32,000 nucleotides of DNA from Corynebacterium amycolatum (GCF_049243625.1 NZ_CP046975.1), one strand, 5' to 3'; positions 15,777-26,104 are shown, counted from the first letter of the stretch. Notes: generated by a model not told the origin, from the sequence alone. Numbers and translations: made by a program.

Positions 15777-17000
15777 CTACTCGACCTCATCGCTCGCCGG
15801 AAGATATACGGACTCGTCGCGATGCCCGGGCAACACTCGGGCCACGTAGCTCTGCACCGCTTCTTGAAGCGGCACATCCGCACGGCGTTTTTCCGCTATG
15901 TACCAGCGATGTTCCAAGACCTCGTGGAAAATCTGCGCATCCTGCAGCCTTCCACGCAGCCCCTCGGGCACAGCCAGGATTGTGGCCTCGAAAACTTCAC
16001 GCAGCCATCGGTGCGCAACTTGCTCTAGCGGGATCCCTTCCAGACCTTCCGACAACCGAAAGGTCTGCATACTATTGAGCATCCTCCTCGCTTGCCCCTC
16101 TTGCACGTCCAATCCTGTCAGCCGCATCAGCTGCCGATGATGATGGCCTGCGTCAACCACCCGTGGTCGGAACACAACGCGGCCACCATCACTCGTGACT
16201 TTCAGCTCACCGACATCGAAACCGAGGTCATTGAGCCTGCGCATCCGCTCATCGACAAGCCAAGGCTCCTCAACACCGATGGATTCTTCCCCCGTCAGCT
16301 CTTGCCACAGATCTTCATAACGCTCAATAATGCGTCTACCCACCGCAATTACATCCATTTCAGGATCCAGGAATCCGCCGGCCTGCAGATCCATGAGCTC
16401 CCCGATGATATTGGTATGGGCAACGTCGACATCGTAGAGCCTGCGGGAATCTGAGAGCGTACCTTGCAAATCTCCCGTCTCCGCGTCGACAAGGTAGGCG
16501 GAAAAGGCATCTGCGTCACGACGAAACAGAGTGTTCGACAGCGACACGTCACCCCAGTAAAAACCAAGCAGATGCAGACGAACTAGCAGAACTGCTAAAG
16601 AGTCAATCAGGCGAACCACAGTTTCGCGGGTGACCTGTTGAGAAAAAACTGCACGATACGGCAGCGAATACTCGAGATGTTCTGTGACGAGTGCGGCAGT
16701 TAACGGTTCGCCATCTGCATCCTTACGGCCGGTAATTACCGCGAGCGGGCGAACCGATGGAGCACCGAGCCTGATCAGGTCACGCAACATTCGGTATTCA
16801 TGATGAGCAGTGAACTCACCAATTTCTTTCACTGCAATGACGCGGTCGTCTAAGTTGACGAATCGGACAATGTGCCGGGAAATTCCCTGAGGTAGGGCGG
16901 CTAACAAATCATCTGGCCACTGTTCCAGAGGTATATGCCAAGGAAGGCGCAAAAGCTTCGAAGCCACCGTTGTCGCGGCTATTTTCATAGTTTCCGACAC
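15777..17000 (-). CDS. DUF4032 / lipopolysaccharide-kinase-like domain protein
   Basis: 407 aa. GFYWGDVSLSNTLFRRDADAFSAYLVDAETGDL resembles the catalytic and DFG-like region of Kdo/WaaP-type kinases. GTG start with AGGAG 5 nt upstream. The family name is from memory, not a search. Confidence 0.55.
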   Translation of the reverse strand: MSETMKIAATTVASKLLRLPWHIPLEQWPDDLLAALPQGISRHIVRFVNLDDRVIAVKEIGEFTAHHEYRMLRDLIRLGAPSVRPLAVITGRKDADGEPLTAALVTEHLEYSLPYRAVFSQQVTRETVVRLIDSLAVLLVRLHLLGFYWGDVSLSNTLFRRDADAFSAYLVDAETGDLQGTLSDSRRLYDVDVAHTNIIGELMDLQAGGFLDPEMDVIAVGRRIIERYEDLWQELTGEESIGVEEPWLVDERMRRLNDLGFDVGELKVTSDGGRVVFRPRVVDAGHHHRQLMRLTGLDVQEGQARRMLNSMQTFRLSEGLEGIPLEQVAHRWLREVFEATILAVPEGLRGRLQDAQIFHEVLEHRWYIAEKRRADVPLQEAVQSYVARVLPGHRDESVYLPASDEVE

Positions 17001-17061
17001 GGTGGCTCCTAAAACTGTCCTGCTGCCCTACCAGCTACTCATTTCATCTAAACGTAGGAGT

Positions 17062-18198
17062 TTAAGCTGGAAGGCGCATACCAGTCGACTTAGAGAACAG
17101 GTGCAGCATGCCCGGGCGAATCTTGCCGTAAACTACCGAGCCCAACTTCGGCGCGGTGCGCGGGGCGGTACGAATAACCACCTGACCGTGCTCCTCTTCG
17201 TCCGGATTAGAGGAGGATCCGGAACTCAGTGCTCCACCACCGACGAGGTCGCCATACATGAATGCATCGGAGCCCAATTCCTCGACCAAATTGACCTGCA
17301 CCGGAATGACGTCATCGCCCGGCCCCTCGACCAGGTCAAATGCCTCCGGACGGAAGCCCACAATAATCTGGTTCTGATCCTCCGGCACGATTGCAGCAAG
17401 TGTTGCTTCCGGCAGCTTAATCTTGGCCTCACCCAACGTGGCGTAACCATTCGAGACGTTGAACGTGCCCAGGTTCATCGCAGGTGAGCCAATGAAGCCT
17501 GCGACGAATTCGTTTGCCGGGGTTTCGTAGAGTTCACGCGGAGTACCGACCTGCTGCAGAACACCGAAGTTAATAACGGCGATGCGGTCGCCCATGGTCA
17601 GCGCCTCAGTCTGATCGTGGGTGACATACATCGTGGTCACGCCCATCCGACGCTGCATGGCCGCAATCTGTGTGCGGGTTTGAACACGCAGCTTCGCGTC
17701 CAGGTTCGACAACGGCTCGTCCATCAGGAACACCTGCGGCTTGCGCACAATCGCACGCCCCATTGCCACACGCTGACGCTGACCACCGGACAGAGCCTTA
17801 GGCTTGCGGTCCAGGAACTGAGTTAGATCCAGAGTCTTTGCAGCCTCTTCGACACGACGGTCAATCTCGTCCTTGTCCACACCAGCAATCTTGAGCGCGA
17901 AGCCCATGTTCTCGCGCACCGTCATATGCGGGTACAGTGCGTAGTTCTGGAAGACCATCGCAATATCGCGATCCTTGGGCGAGACATTGGTCACATCACG
18001 ATCTCCAATGAAAATCTTGCCCTCATTGACTTCTTCCAGACCGGCAAGCATGCGCAGTGTTGTGGACTTACCACAACCGGAGGGGCCCACCAGAACCAGG
18101 AACTCACCATCGGCAATTTCCAAGTTGAACTTGTCCACAGAAGGCTTCGTCGCACCAGGGTAAATGCGAGTGGCATCAGAAAAAGTCACAGTAGCCAT
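17062..18198 (-). CDS. Sugar ABC transporter ATP-binding protein (MsiK/UgpC/MalK/SugC family)
   Basis: Walker A GPSGCGKST, signature LSGGQRQRVA, Walker B VFLMDEPLS, and a C-terminal MalK-type regulatory/TOBE-like domain. Confidence 0.9.
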   Translation of the reverse strand: MATVTFSDATRIYPGATKPSVDKFNLEIADGEFLVLVGPSGCGKSTTLRMLAGLEEVNEGKIFIGDRDVTNVSPKDRDIAMVFQNYALYPHMTVRENMGFALKIAGVDKDEIDRRVEEAAKTLDLTQFLDRKPKALSGGQRQRVAMGRAIVRKPQVFLMDEPLSNLDAKLRVQTRTQIAAMQRRMGVTTMYVTHDQTEALTMGDRIAVINFGVLQQVGTPRELYETPANEFVAGFIGSPAMNLGTFNVSNGYATLGEAKIKLPEATLAAIVPEDQNQIIVGFRPEAFDLVEGPGDDVIPVQVNLVEELGSDAFMYGDLVGGGALSSGSSSNPDEEEHGQVVIRTAPRTAPKLGSVVYGKIRPGMLHLFSKSTGMRLPA

Positions 18199-18218
18199 GT
18201 GAATGCAAACCTTTCATC

Positions 18219-18281
18219 GGCAGGTACGTGCCGAACGATCCGAGTGAAAGTAACCGCAGGAACAGCTCCTACGTATCTGCC
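18219..18281 (-). ncRNA. Structured 5' leader of the MsiK-like ATPase gene (candidate msiK RNA motif)
   Basis: The outer stem is 11 positions with one mismatch: minus-strand RNA GGCAGAUACGU...ACGUACCUGCC. It encloses 41 nt and ends 20 nt before the ATG. The motif assignment rests only on gene context. Confidence 0.3.
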
Positions 18282-18295
18282 TCATAAGCTTACTC

Positions 18296-19570
18296 TTAAT
18301 CGAGCAGCCCCGTCACGAGCTCCGCAATCTTCGAGCGCTCCGAGCGCTTCAGCGTGATGTGTGCAAAAAGCTCATTACCCTTGAGTTTTTCAATCACCGC
18401 CTGTACACCGTCATGGCGGCCGACGCGCAGGTTGTCACGCTGCGCCACATCGTGCGTAAGGATGACCCGGGAATTGCTACCAAGACGCGACAGTACCGTC
18501 AGCAGTACGTTGCGCTCCAGCGACTGTGCCTCATCGACAATCACGAAGCTGTCATGCAGGCTACGACCGCGAATGTGAGTCAACGGCAGTACCTCTAGCA
18601 TGTCGCGCGAGGCAATCTCATCCATGACGTTCTCCGAGACCAGCCCCTCCAGCGTGTCGTAAACAGCCTGCGCCCACGGGTTCATCTTTTCGTCCTCACT
18701 ACCGGGCAGGTAACCAAGGTTCTGGCCACCGACCGCGTAGAGCGGACGAAACACCACGATTCGGCGATGCAGACCGCGCTCCAGCACCGACTCCAGACCC
18801 GCGCACAGCGCAAGCGCCGACTTACCCGTGCCGGCTCGGCCGCCGAGGGAAACAATCCCCACCGAGTCATCCAACAGCAGGTCGAGCGCCACACGCTGCT
18901 CCGCCGACCGCCCCTTCAGCCCAAACGCCTCCGTATCGCCCCGCACAAGCTTGACGACGCCCGGGGCGCTCACCCTTGCCAGCGCAGACTGGCTACCGGC
19001 GCTGAGCTGCACGCCGCAGTGCAGCGGCTGCTCCTGAACCTGCTCGAGCTCCAAAAAGCCATTGGCGAAGAGACGATCAATTTCCTCCGGGTCGACGTCC
19101 ACTTCCACCATTCCCGAGTACCCAGTCAGTACGACGTCCTGGGCGCGGTAATCGTCGGCAGGCAATCCCACCGCCCCAGCCTTAACGCGAAGCGGAATGT
19201 CCTTGGTGACCAGCACGACATCATGGCCATCGTGCTGAAGGTTAAGGGCGCAAGCGAGAATGCGGTGATCATTTTCGGCGGTGCGGAAGCCTGCGGGGAG
19301 GATGGAAGGATCGGAGTGGTTGAGCTCAATATGCATAAACCCGCCAAGGTCATTGGCGGGCACAGGCCGGTCCAGGTGGCCGTAGCGGTAGCGCAGCTCT
19401 TCGAGGAAACGGAGCGCTTCTCGGGCGAACCACCCCAGCTCTGGGTGGTGGCGCTTGGCCTCCAACTCACTCACCACGACCAGCGGAAGCACAACTTGGT
19501 GCTCGTCGAACTTCTTGGTGGCGTGGGGATCGGACAGCAGGACCGAGGTATCAAGCACGTAGGTACGCAT
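18296..19570 (-). CDS. phoH2: PhoH2: PIN-domain RNase fused to a PhoH-like ATPase
   Basis: The N-terminus [15 protein letters not shown] is the PIN start. The C-terminal PhoH domain has Walker [12 protein letters not shown] and IVDEAQSL. Confidence 0.85.
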   Translation of the reverse strand: MRTYVLDTSVLLSDPHATKKFDEHQVVLPLVVVSELEAKRHHPELGWFAREALRFLEELRYRYGHLDRPVPANDLGGFMHIELNHSDPSILPAGFRTAENDHRILACALNLQHDGHDVVLVTKDIPLRVKAGAVGLPADDYRAQDVVLTGYSGMVEVDVDPEEIDRLFANGFLELEQVQEQPLHCGVQLSAGSQSALARVSAPGVVKLVRGDTEAFGLKGRSAEQRVALDLLLDDSVGIVSLGGRAGTGKSALALCAGLESVLERGLHRRIVVFRPLYAVGGQNLGYLPGSEDEKMNPWAQAVYDTLEGLVSENVMDEIASRDMLEVLPLTHIRGRSLHDSFVIVDEAQSLERNVLLTVLSRLGSNSRVILTHDVAQRDNLRVGRHDGVQAVIEKLKGNELFAHITLKRSERSKIAELVTGLLD

Positions 19571-19724
19571 GCCCTCAGGCTAAAAGTCAGAGGTAGAAAT
19601 TACGTGGTTGTGAGATGAATGCTTGGTTATCAGATGAACCACAGTTGGTTACGAGCTCTAATCCTCAAGTTGAACCCTAAGGAACTGGCCGAGCACCACT
19701 GCACGGCCACTCCACTGCCCTTTT

Positions 19725-19762
19725 AATGGCAACTAGTCGTTGCAATGGCGACTAGTCGTTGT
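19725..19762. repeat. 19-bp tandem duplication spanning the stop codon of the FtsX-like permease gene
   Basis: aatggcAactagtcgttgC followed by aatggcGactagtcgttgT, 17/19 identical. Confidence 0.7.
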
Positions 19763-21188
19763 GGCGAATCTGACGTCCCAGCAGCTTGCGGCGAAGTGGA
19801 TCGACAGCCAAGGTCGCAGCGCCAACTGCCAAAACTCCCAAGACGTACGCCAGCGCAACAACAAGTGAGCGTTGCCCAAAAGTGATTTCGTTCGCGACCG
19901 GACCGAACATGAACGCCCCCAACAGCGCACCCATGACAAAGCCGAAGATGCTGGTCACAAGCATGGGGAAGAATGTCTGCTTAAAAGTGACCGTGCGGTG
20001 GAAGGTGATTGGAGTACCGATGAAGTCCAGCGCCTTTGTCAGCGATGCCTCTTCATAGACAGCTGAGGCCTGAGTCAGCACGGTCGATACCAGCAGCAGA
20101 ATGAAACCGATTACGAAAGTGATAGTCACACCGGTTGCAATATCGTGCGCGAATGTGGCGTCTGCAACCTCTTCAATCTTGTCTTCGCCAGGCACCATCA
20201 TTGTGTAGCCAAGCAGCAGGGACAGGAAGGCCATGGAACTTACTCGACGCCACGATTCCTTAGCGTTAGTCGCTACTCGTCGCGTCGCCACAAAATCACT
20301 TGAAGTACCGAAGAAGCTGGAAATGCGGGCAACAAGCTGGATAAAGAAAGGCGCCACTAGGCCAATTGCCCAGACCATCAGGTACATCATCGCTGCGACA
20401 CCAATTATGGTCGAGAGGGTTCCACCCGCGATATTGGAGTTGCCAACCACGTACAGCACACCCGCACCGATAACAGCGGCCACAATCATGCGCCATGCCT
20501 TCATCGACTTGGGCACTTCTTTACGGCTAACGCCAAGCGGTGAAATCATCACCCTACGCAAACCAACCACAGCCGCAAAGAGCGCGAGAAGCACCACGGC
20601 ACCCCAGACGAGTGGGTAGCCCCACCAAGACAGCAGCATGTCCCAGGTATCCAGGTAGTCATTATCGAACTTGATCATCGCCCAGAATGGCGCGGTGGCA
20701 ACCGACAAGAGCGTGCCCACCACAAGCCCAACAGCCGCCAACACGAGGGTTTCGATAATAACCATGCGTGTAACTGCCCTGTTAGACAGACCAATCAAGC
20801 GCAGAGTTGCCAGTCGCTGCTCCCGCCCTGCAGCGCCAAGCACCGCCGACTGTGCCACCAGCGAAACCATTGCCGGAATCACAAAAACACAGGCCACGAG
20901 TGCCAGCTGCAGGTACATCTCGCCCTGACCTTGATTCATGTAATCCTCAGGCGTTGGGTTCGGCGGCAGCTTTGGCTCAGCCTGCCAACGGCGGTAAAAC
21001 ATGGCCGTGCCACCGACGACGACCAACGCCAACCAGGTACTCACGGTCATGGCCACCACGGACAATGCGGATAACCAGCCGTTTCCCGAATGGGATTCAC
21101 GCCCGGCGCGCTGCAGCCGCGTGCTCAGGTCCGCTAGTGCGCCGGTAGGGATTCTTTGAGGTTTTGGTGCTTCAGTTACGGTGCTCAC
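19752..21188 (-). CDS. ABC transporter permease, FtsX/MacB-like
   Basis: Polytopic membrane protein. GTG at 21188 overlaps the ATPase stop (GTGA), indicating translational coupling. The ORF track extends to 21263. Confidence 0.75.
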   Translation of the reverse strand: MSTVTEAPKPQRIPTGALADLSTRLQRAGRESHSGNGWLSALSVVAMTVSTWLALVVVGGTAMFYRRWQAEPKLPPNPTPEDYMNQGQGEMYLQLALVACVFVIPAMVSLVAQSAVLGAAGREQRLATLRLIGLSNRAVTRMVIIETLVLAAVGLVVGTLLSVATAPFWAMIKFDNDYLDTWDMLLSWWGYPLVWGAVVLLALFAAVVGLRRVMISPLGVSRKEVPKSMKAWRMIVAAVIGAGVLYVVGNSNIAGGTLSTIIGVAAMMYLMVWAIGLVAPFFIQLVARISSFFGTSSDFVATRRVATNAKESWRRVSSMAFLSLLLGYTMMVPGEDKIEEVADATFAHDIATGVTITFVIGFILLLVSTVLTQASAVYEEASLTKALDFIGTPITFHRTVTFKQTFFPMLVTSIFGFVMGALLGAFMFGPVANEITFGQRSLVVALAYVLGVLAVGAATLAVDPLRRKLLGRQIRHND

Positions 21189-21910
21189 TTTGTAACCTCC
21201 GCTCCTGCCAGCAGGCGGTCGTCGTGAATCAGGCCATCGCGGATCTCCACACGTCGACGACACCAGTCGGCCACCCTCACATCGTGAGTAACCATCACCA
21301 AGGTCGTGCCGGTCTGCTCCACCAACGCAATCAGTTGCTGCATGACCTCATGACCTGTGGACTGGTCCAACGCGCCAGTCGGCTCATCAGCAAAGATGAC
21401 ACCTGGCTCACCGGCCATCGCGCGGGCAATGGCCACACGTTGCGCTTGACCGCCGGACATTTGTCCTGGGCGACGGCGCGTGAGGTCTTTTAGGCCCAGG
21501 CGGCTGAGTACATCGTCGGCAAGCGCGAGTGACGTTGAGCGCTTCCTGCCCTGCAGAATCATTGGCAAAGCGACGTTTTCCCTGGCAGTCAGCTCGGGCA
21601 GGAGCTGGCCGTCTTGGAAGACGAAGCCGAAGTCGTGCAGGCGGAGGGCGGAGCGGTCGGCGTCGGAAAGCGAATTGATCTTGGTGTCACCGAAGATGAC
21701 GTCGCCGTCGTCCGGCAGCAACACGCCGGACATGCAGTGCAGCAACGTGGACTTACCAGAACCGGACGGTCCCATGACTGCAACGGTTTCGCCGGGCTCA
21801 ATGGTCAGCGAAATGCCGGTGAGAACGGGAGCGGAATTGTAGGACTTAGTGATGTCACGAATACAAAGTCGTGCGTTTCTTGGGCTGTTGTTCTCTGTCA
21901 TGACACTCAT
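21185..21910 (-). CDS. ABC transporter ATP-binding protein (MacB/LolD-like)
   Basis: GPSGSGKSTLL, MSGGQAQRVAIARA, IFADEPTGALD. Confidence 0.9.
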   Translation of the reverse strand: MSVMTENNSPRNARLCIRDITKSYNSAPVLTGISLTIEPGETVAVMGPSGSGKSTLLHCMSGVLLPDDGDVIFGDTKINSLSDADRSALRLHDFGFVFQDGQLLPELTARENVALPMILQGRKRSTSLALADDVLSRLGLKDLTRRRPGQMSGGQAQRVAIARAMAGEPGVIFADEPTGALDQSTGHEVMQQLIALVEQTGTTLVMVTHDVRVADWCRRRVEIRDGLIHDDRLLAGAEVTK

Positions 21911-22027
21911 TTCACTCGCACGGAGGCGATTTCAACACCGTGCCCACTTTCCTTTTGCGGTAGTGCTAGGTCTACCATGCCGGAAATTAATTCCTCCGCA
22001 CACAGAGCTTTCGTACCATAGGAAACT

Positions 22028-22822
22028 ATGGAGCTGAAGGATTATTTCCGCAAATATATCGGCGCGAACCGCCGCGAAAAAGCGCATAAACGCAGCTACG
22101 AGGAATCCGCCGCCGCCCGCATCGCCGAACTTACCGCTTCACGACGAACAATTGCCGAAGCCTTTGAGATTGAACGTCGCCGCATCGAAAATGACCTCCA
22201 CGACGGAGCTCAGCAATACATTGTTGCGGCTTCAATGAAATTAGGACTTGCGGAATTAGAGGCATCCAAGACTGGCAATGAGGAACTAATGCAGCTCCTG
22301 TCGGAAACGCGCGGCCATTTGGAGGATGGATTACGTGCTTTGCGACGAACAGTCCACGGAATTCACCCGCAGGTGTTGCGCGATCGCGGTCTGCAAGCGG
22401 CTGTTGAGGAAATTGCTGAAGGGTATGGCCCTCACGTTGTTGTGCACACTCCCTATCCCCTGCCGGAATTGGAGGAAAGCGTGCTCGCCGCGGCATATTT
22501 TTTCTGTGCAGAAGTACTGACTAATGCGGCGAAATATGCACCGAATGCCCCTGTTTCTGTGTTGCTCACCTCAGATCAAACACTGAATATTTCAATTACC
22601 GACCAAGGCCCCGGTGGTGCGAAGTTGGGGCGCGGATTGCGGGGCATGAAAGAGCGTCTAGCTACTTTCGACGGTGCGATGACCATGCACTCTCCCGAAG
22701 GCGGGCCAACGCAGGTAATAGCCAGAATTCCCTTGATGCTAAATCGCTGGGAATCGGGCATTGGAGAAATGGAAGGCGTGGATATGGAAAGCGTAGAGAA
22801 GAAAGGTGCGGAGAAAAAATGA
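22028..22822 (+). CDS. NarL-type histidine kinase (HisKA_3 plus HATPase_c) with no transmembrane or sensor domain
   Basis: H-box RRRIENDLHDGAQQ at about residue 55, then an ATPase domain (..NAAKYAP.., DQGPGG, GLRGMKERL). An in-frame TAG lies 9 nt upstream of the ATG. The stop overlaps the RR start (ATGA). Confidence 0.8.
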   Translation: MELKDYFRKYIGANRREKAHKRSYEESAAARIAELTASRRTIAEAFEIERRRIENDLHDGAQQYIVAASMKLGLAELEASKTGNEELMQLLSETRGHLEDGLRALRRTVHGIHPQVLRDRGLQAAVEEIAEGYGPHVVVHTPYPLPELEESVLAAAYFFCAEVLTNAAKYAPNAPVSVLLTSDQTLNISITDQGPGGAKLGRGLRGMKERLATFDGAMTMHSPEGGPTQVIARIPLMLNRWESGIGEMEGVDMESVEKKGAEKK

Positions 22823-23544
22823 AAATTGTCATTGCGGATGACTCGGCACTCCTGCGGGAGGGGGTCGCGGGGCTCGTCGAAAAGCGTGGACATGAAGTCA
22901 TTGCGATGGTCGATACTGCCCACGGCCTGGTGGCGGACATCGATGACCGTTTTGATGACACGGGCGAGTTGCCAGATCTGGTGATTACCGATGTGCGCAT
23001 GCCACCGAAGATGAGTGACGACGGCCTGCGGGCGGCGGTCGAGTTGCGCGAGCGTTATCCGCAGCTGAATGTGATGGTGTTGTCGCAGTATGTGGCGCCG
23101 GCGTATGCGCGTGAGTTGTTCTCGCCGGGCGGTGCTGGAGGTAGTGCTGGGGTTGGTACTGGGGTCGGCTCGAGTGGCAGCAGCTCGAGTGGCGGGACCG
23201 GGTATCTGCTCAAAGACCGCGTTGGCCAGGTGCTGGACTTCTTGGGTTCGCTCGAGGTCGTCGCAGGTGGTGGCGTGGTGATTGACCCTGATGTGGCGAC
23301 GGCATTGATGCAGTCCGGCAAATCGGGGCTAGCCAGTTTAACGGCGCGCGAACGCGAAGTGCTCGAGCTGATGGCACGAGGCAAGTCCAATAAGCAGATT
23401 GCCGATGACCTCGTGCTTTCCGGGGCGGCAGTGGCGAAACACGTGTCCAACATCTTTATGAAGCTGCATCTGGAGCCCGGCGAGGAAAACCGCCGTGTGC
23501 GAGCAATCTTGGAATTTCTCACGGCGACGTCGGGGCAGATTTAG
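22819..23544 (+). CDS. NarL/LuxR-family response regulator with a Gly/Ser-rich insertion in the receiver domain
   Basis: Receiver residues [13 protein letters not shown] and GYLLKD, plus a C-terminal LuxR HTH ([43 protein letters not shown]). Confidence 0.85.
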   Translation: MKIVIADDSALLREGVAGLVEKRGHEVIAMVDTAHGLVADIDDRFDDTGELPDLVITDVRMPPKMSDDGLRAAVELRERYPQLNVMVLSQYVAPAYARELFSPGGAGGSAGVGTGVGSSGSSSSGGTGYLLKDRVGQVLDFLGSLEVVAGGGVVIDPDVATALMQSGKSGLASLTAREREVLELMARGKSNKQIADDLVLSGAAVAKHVSNIFMKLHLEPGEENRRVRAILEFLTATSGQI

Positions 23545-23665
23545 GGTCGGCAGCAATCGCATCGCTCGCAAAGGCGATGAAAAAATAAGTGTTGCTAGTA
23601 GCACAAGTCACACTTTAAAGTTGGCTCGTACGTTTGTTGTTTTCCCACCGAAAGGACGTGTCTAC

Positions 23666-25186
23666 ATGACTGTTTATGCCAACCCCGACACCCCCGATGC
23701 AATCTTCACGTACAAGGAGCAGTACGAGAATTTCATCGGCGGTAAGTGGACACCCCCAGTAGACGGGCAGTACATGGACAACTCCACCCCGATTACGGGC
23801 GAGGTTTTCTGCCGGGTACCGCGGTCTAACGAGAAAGACATTGAGCTCGCCCTCGACGCCGCACACAAAGCGAAGGACTCCTGGGCCGCGGTCCCTGCGG
23901 CCGAGCGGGCGCTGATCCTCCACCGCATCGCAGACCGCCTGGAGGAAAACCTTGAGAAGATTGCAGTCGCCGAGACCTGGGAGAACGGTAAGGCCATCCG
24001 CGAGACTCTCGCCGCTGACATCCCCCTCGCCATCGACCACTTCCGCTACTTCGCCGGCGCCACCCGCACGCAGGAAGGGCGCATCTCGCAAATCGACGAC
24101 AACACGGTCGCCTACCACTTCCACGAGCCACTCGGCGTCGTCGGCCAGATCATCCCGTGGAACTTCCCCCTCCTGATGGCCGCGTGGAAAATCGCCCCGG
24201 CCCTGGCCGCCGGCAACTGCATCGTACTCAAGCCCGCAGAGCAGACCCCCGCGTCGATTCTCATGCTCACTGAGATCATCGCCGATCTGATTCCTGACGG
24301 CGTCCTCAACATTGTCAATGGCCTCGGCACCGAGGCTGGTGCTGCGCTGACTGCAAGCGACCGGATTTCCAAGATTGCGTTCACCGGATCGACTGCCGTG
24401 GGCCAGCTGATTAACAAGGCAGTGTCCGACAAGATTATTCCGATCACGCTGGAGCTCGGCGGCAAGTCCCCGTCCATATTCTTCCCCGATGTCATGGACG
24501 CCGACGACGCGTTCCGCGAAAAGTGCGTCGAGGGCCTGGCCATGTTCGCGTTGAACCAGGGCGAGGTCTGCACCTGCCCGTCGCGAGCCCTGGTTCACGA
24601 AGACATCGCTGATGAGTTCCTGAAGCTCGCGGTCGAGCGCGTCAAGCAGATTAAGACCGGCAACCCGCTAGATACGTCGGTGCAGATGGGCGCCCAGGCC
24701 TCCCAGGAGCAGCTGGACAAGATCTCCGGCTACTTGGAATCCGGACCGAAGGAGGGCGCCGAGGTCCTCACCGGTGGCAACGTCGCCAAGCCCGAAGGAC
24801 TGGAGGGAGGATTCTACGTCGAGCCGACAATCTTTAAGGGCGACAACTCGATGCGCTTCTTCCGCGAGGAGATCTTCGGCCCGGTCCTGGCCGTAACAAC
24901 CTTCAAGACCCTGGAAGAGGCTCTCGAAATTGCCAACGACACCATCTATGGCCTTGGCGCTGGCGTGTGGAGCCGCAACCAGAACAACGCCTACCGCGCT
25001 GCCCGCGGTATCCAGGCCGGTCGCGTATGGGTGAATAATTACCACAGCTACCCTGCTCACGCAGCCTTCGGCGGTTACAAGCAGTCCGGTATCGGCCGCG
25101 AGAATCACTTGATGATGCTCGAGCACTACCAGGAGACCAAGTGCATGCTCGTCTCTTACGACGAGAACCCGACTGGCCTGTTCTAA
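23666..25186 (+). CDS. ald: NAD(P)-dependent aldehyde dehydrogenase (506 aa)
   Basis: ATG at 23666 with AAAGGA upstream. Motifs include [15 protein letters not shown] and EVCTCPSR (catalytic Cys). The symbol is tentative. Confidence 0.85.
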   Translation: MTVYANPDTPDAIFTYKEQYENFIGGKWTPPVDGQYMDNSTPITGEVFCRVPRSNEKDIELALDAAHKAKDSWAAVPAAERALILHRIADRLEENLEKIAVAETWENGKAIRETLAADIPLAIDHFRYFAGATRTQEGRISQIDDNTVAYHFHEPLGVVGQIIPWNFPLLMAAWKIAPALAAGNCIVLKPAEQTPASILMLTEIIADLIPDGVLNIVNGLGTEAGAALTASDRISKIAFTGSTAVGQLINKAVSDKIIPITLELGGKSPSIFFPDVMDADDAFREKCVEGLAMFALNQGEVCTCPSRALVHEDIADEFLKLAVERVKQIKTGNPLDTSVQMGAQASQEQLDKISGYLESGPKEGAEVLTGGNVAKPEGLEGGFYVEPTIFKGDNSMRFFREEIFGPVLAVTTFKTLEEALEIANDTIYGLGAGVWSRNQNNAYRAARGIQAGRVWVNNYHSYPAHAAFGGYKQSGIGRENHLMMLEHYQETKCMLVSYDENPTGLF

Positions 25187-25348
25187 AAATCCGCTCCCTC
25201 TGGGCTGGGCAATCTTTCGATTCCGATTCACGTCCGATAAAGGTGTCGACAATTGCCTTGCCCGCCCCCAAAAAACGCCCTCCGCGCCTAGCCGGTTTCG
25301 ATAGTCGGCCTTAACCTGACGCACCAGGCGCTGGCGACTCCAAATTTA

Positions 25349-25380
25349 GAGGCCTAGCTCACGGCCGCCAGCTAGGCCTC
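25349..25380. terminator. Bidirectional terminator hairpin between convergent ald and the membrane-protein gene
   Basis: gaggcctagct-cacggccgcc-agctaggcctc, a perfect 11-bp stem, followed on the + strand by tctttctttctt. Confidence 0.55.
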
Positions 25381-25809
25381 TCTTTCTTTCTTCACTTGCC
25401 GGTACCACCTACGCATCCGATTAATCGCGGCGCTGGCGGCCCATCCGCCGAGAAAAAGTAGCGGGATGTAGAAGAACACGACATAGGCGACGACCAGGCC
25501 GTCCTGACCATCGGGCGACGTGGTGAGAAATAGGAATACCAGATCGCCAAGCGCGGCAATTCCTGCGCCGGTAGCTGCTGGGACAATGCTCCGCGCGCTG
25601 GTCATCCCCCGGGCCGACGAACCATCACCGGCAAAAACAGCTATTGCTCCGACCAGCACTACTGAGACCAGCATGGACACGATCCACGACGCAATTCCTT
25701 CGTCGTAGGCGAGATTGGGCTCCGGCAAGATTAGCCCACTCAAAACACTCCACGCGACCGCGGCGAAAAAGGACGCCAGCAAGGGGCGGGTTATATTGTC
25801 GAGCCTCAT
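25372..25809 (-). CDS. Hypothetical integral membrane protein (145 aa)
   Basis: From ATG 25809: MRLDNITRPLLASFFAAVAWSVLSGLIL..., four predicted TM helices. The upstream part of ORF 25372..25998 looks non-coding. Confidence 0.5.
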   Translation of the reverse strand: MRLDNITRPLLASFFAAVAWSVLSGLILPEPNLAYDEGIASWIVSMLVSVVLVGAIAVFAGDGSSARGMTSARSIVPAATGAGIAALGDLVFLFLTTSPDGQDGLVVAYVVFFYIPLLFLGGWAASAAINRMRRWYRQVKKEREA

Positions 25810-26104
25810 GCGTCCCAGGTTACGTGAGGAGACCTGCAGCGTGACTGAGTCTCTCTCCCCCCTCCAACGGAGAATCGAGTTACGCTCACAGGCGCAAAAC
25901 CCTCCGAGCATAGAGTGGGCTAAGTAGAAAAACCGACAACCCGGAAACTTGCGGGCTGCAAATGTGAAACTGTGCGAGCTTATGACACTTTCAGGCAATT
26001 TTCCGGGCCATTTTTGACATAACCACAGTCAGTAACTCGGATCGGCCCAACGCCACCGGTCATAAACGTGGCCAGTAACTCGCATTGGGACTAAACGGAA
26101 AAAG

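Noticed and set aside
18767-19618. 283-aa plus-strand ORF
   Set aside because: It is antisense to phoH2, whose PIN and P-loop motifs are clear.
23495-23665. 57-codon N-terminal extension of the aldehyde dehydrogenase ORF
   Set aside because: It overlaps the response-regulator gene. ATG 23666 has an SD-like AAAGGA and gives the standard ALDH N-terminus.
23615-25324. Minus-strand ORFs of 327 aa (23615..24598) and 218 aa (24668..25324)
   Set aside because: Both are antisense to the aldehyde dehydrogenase gene, which has clear catalytic motifs.
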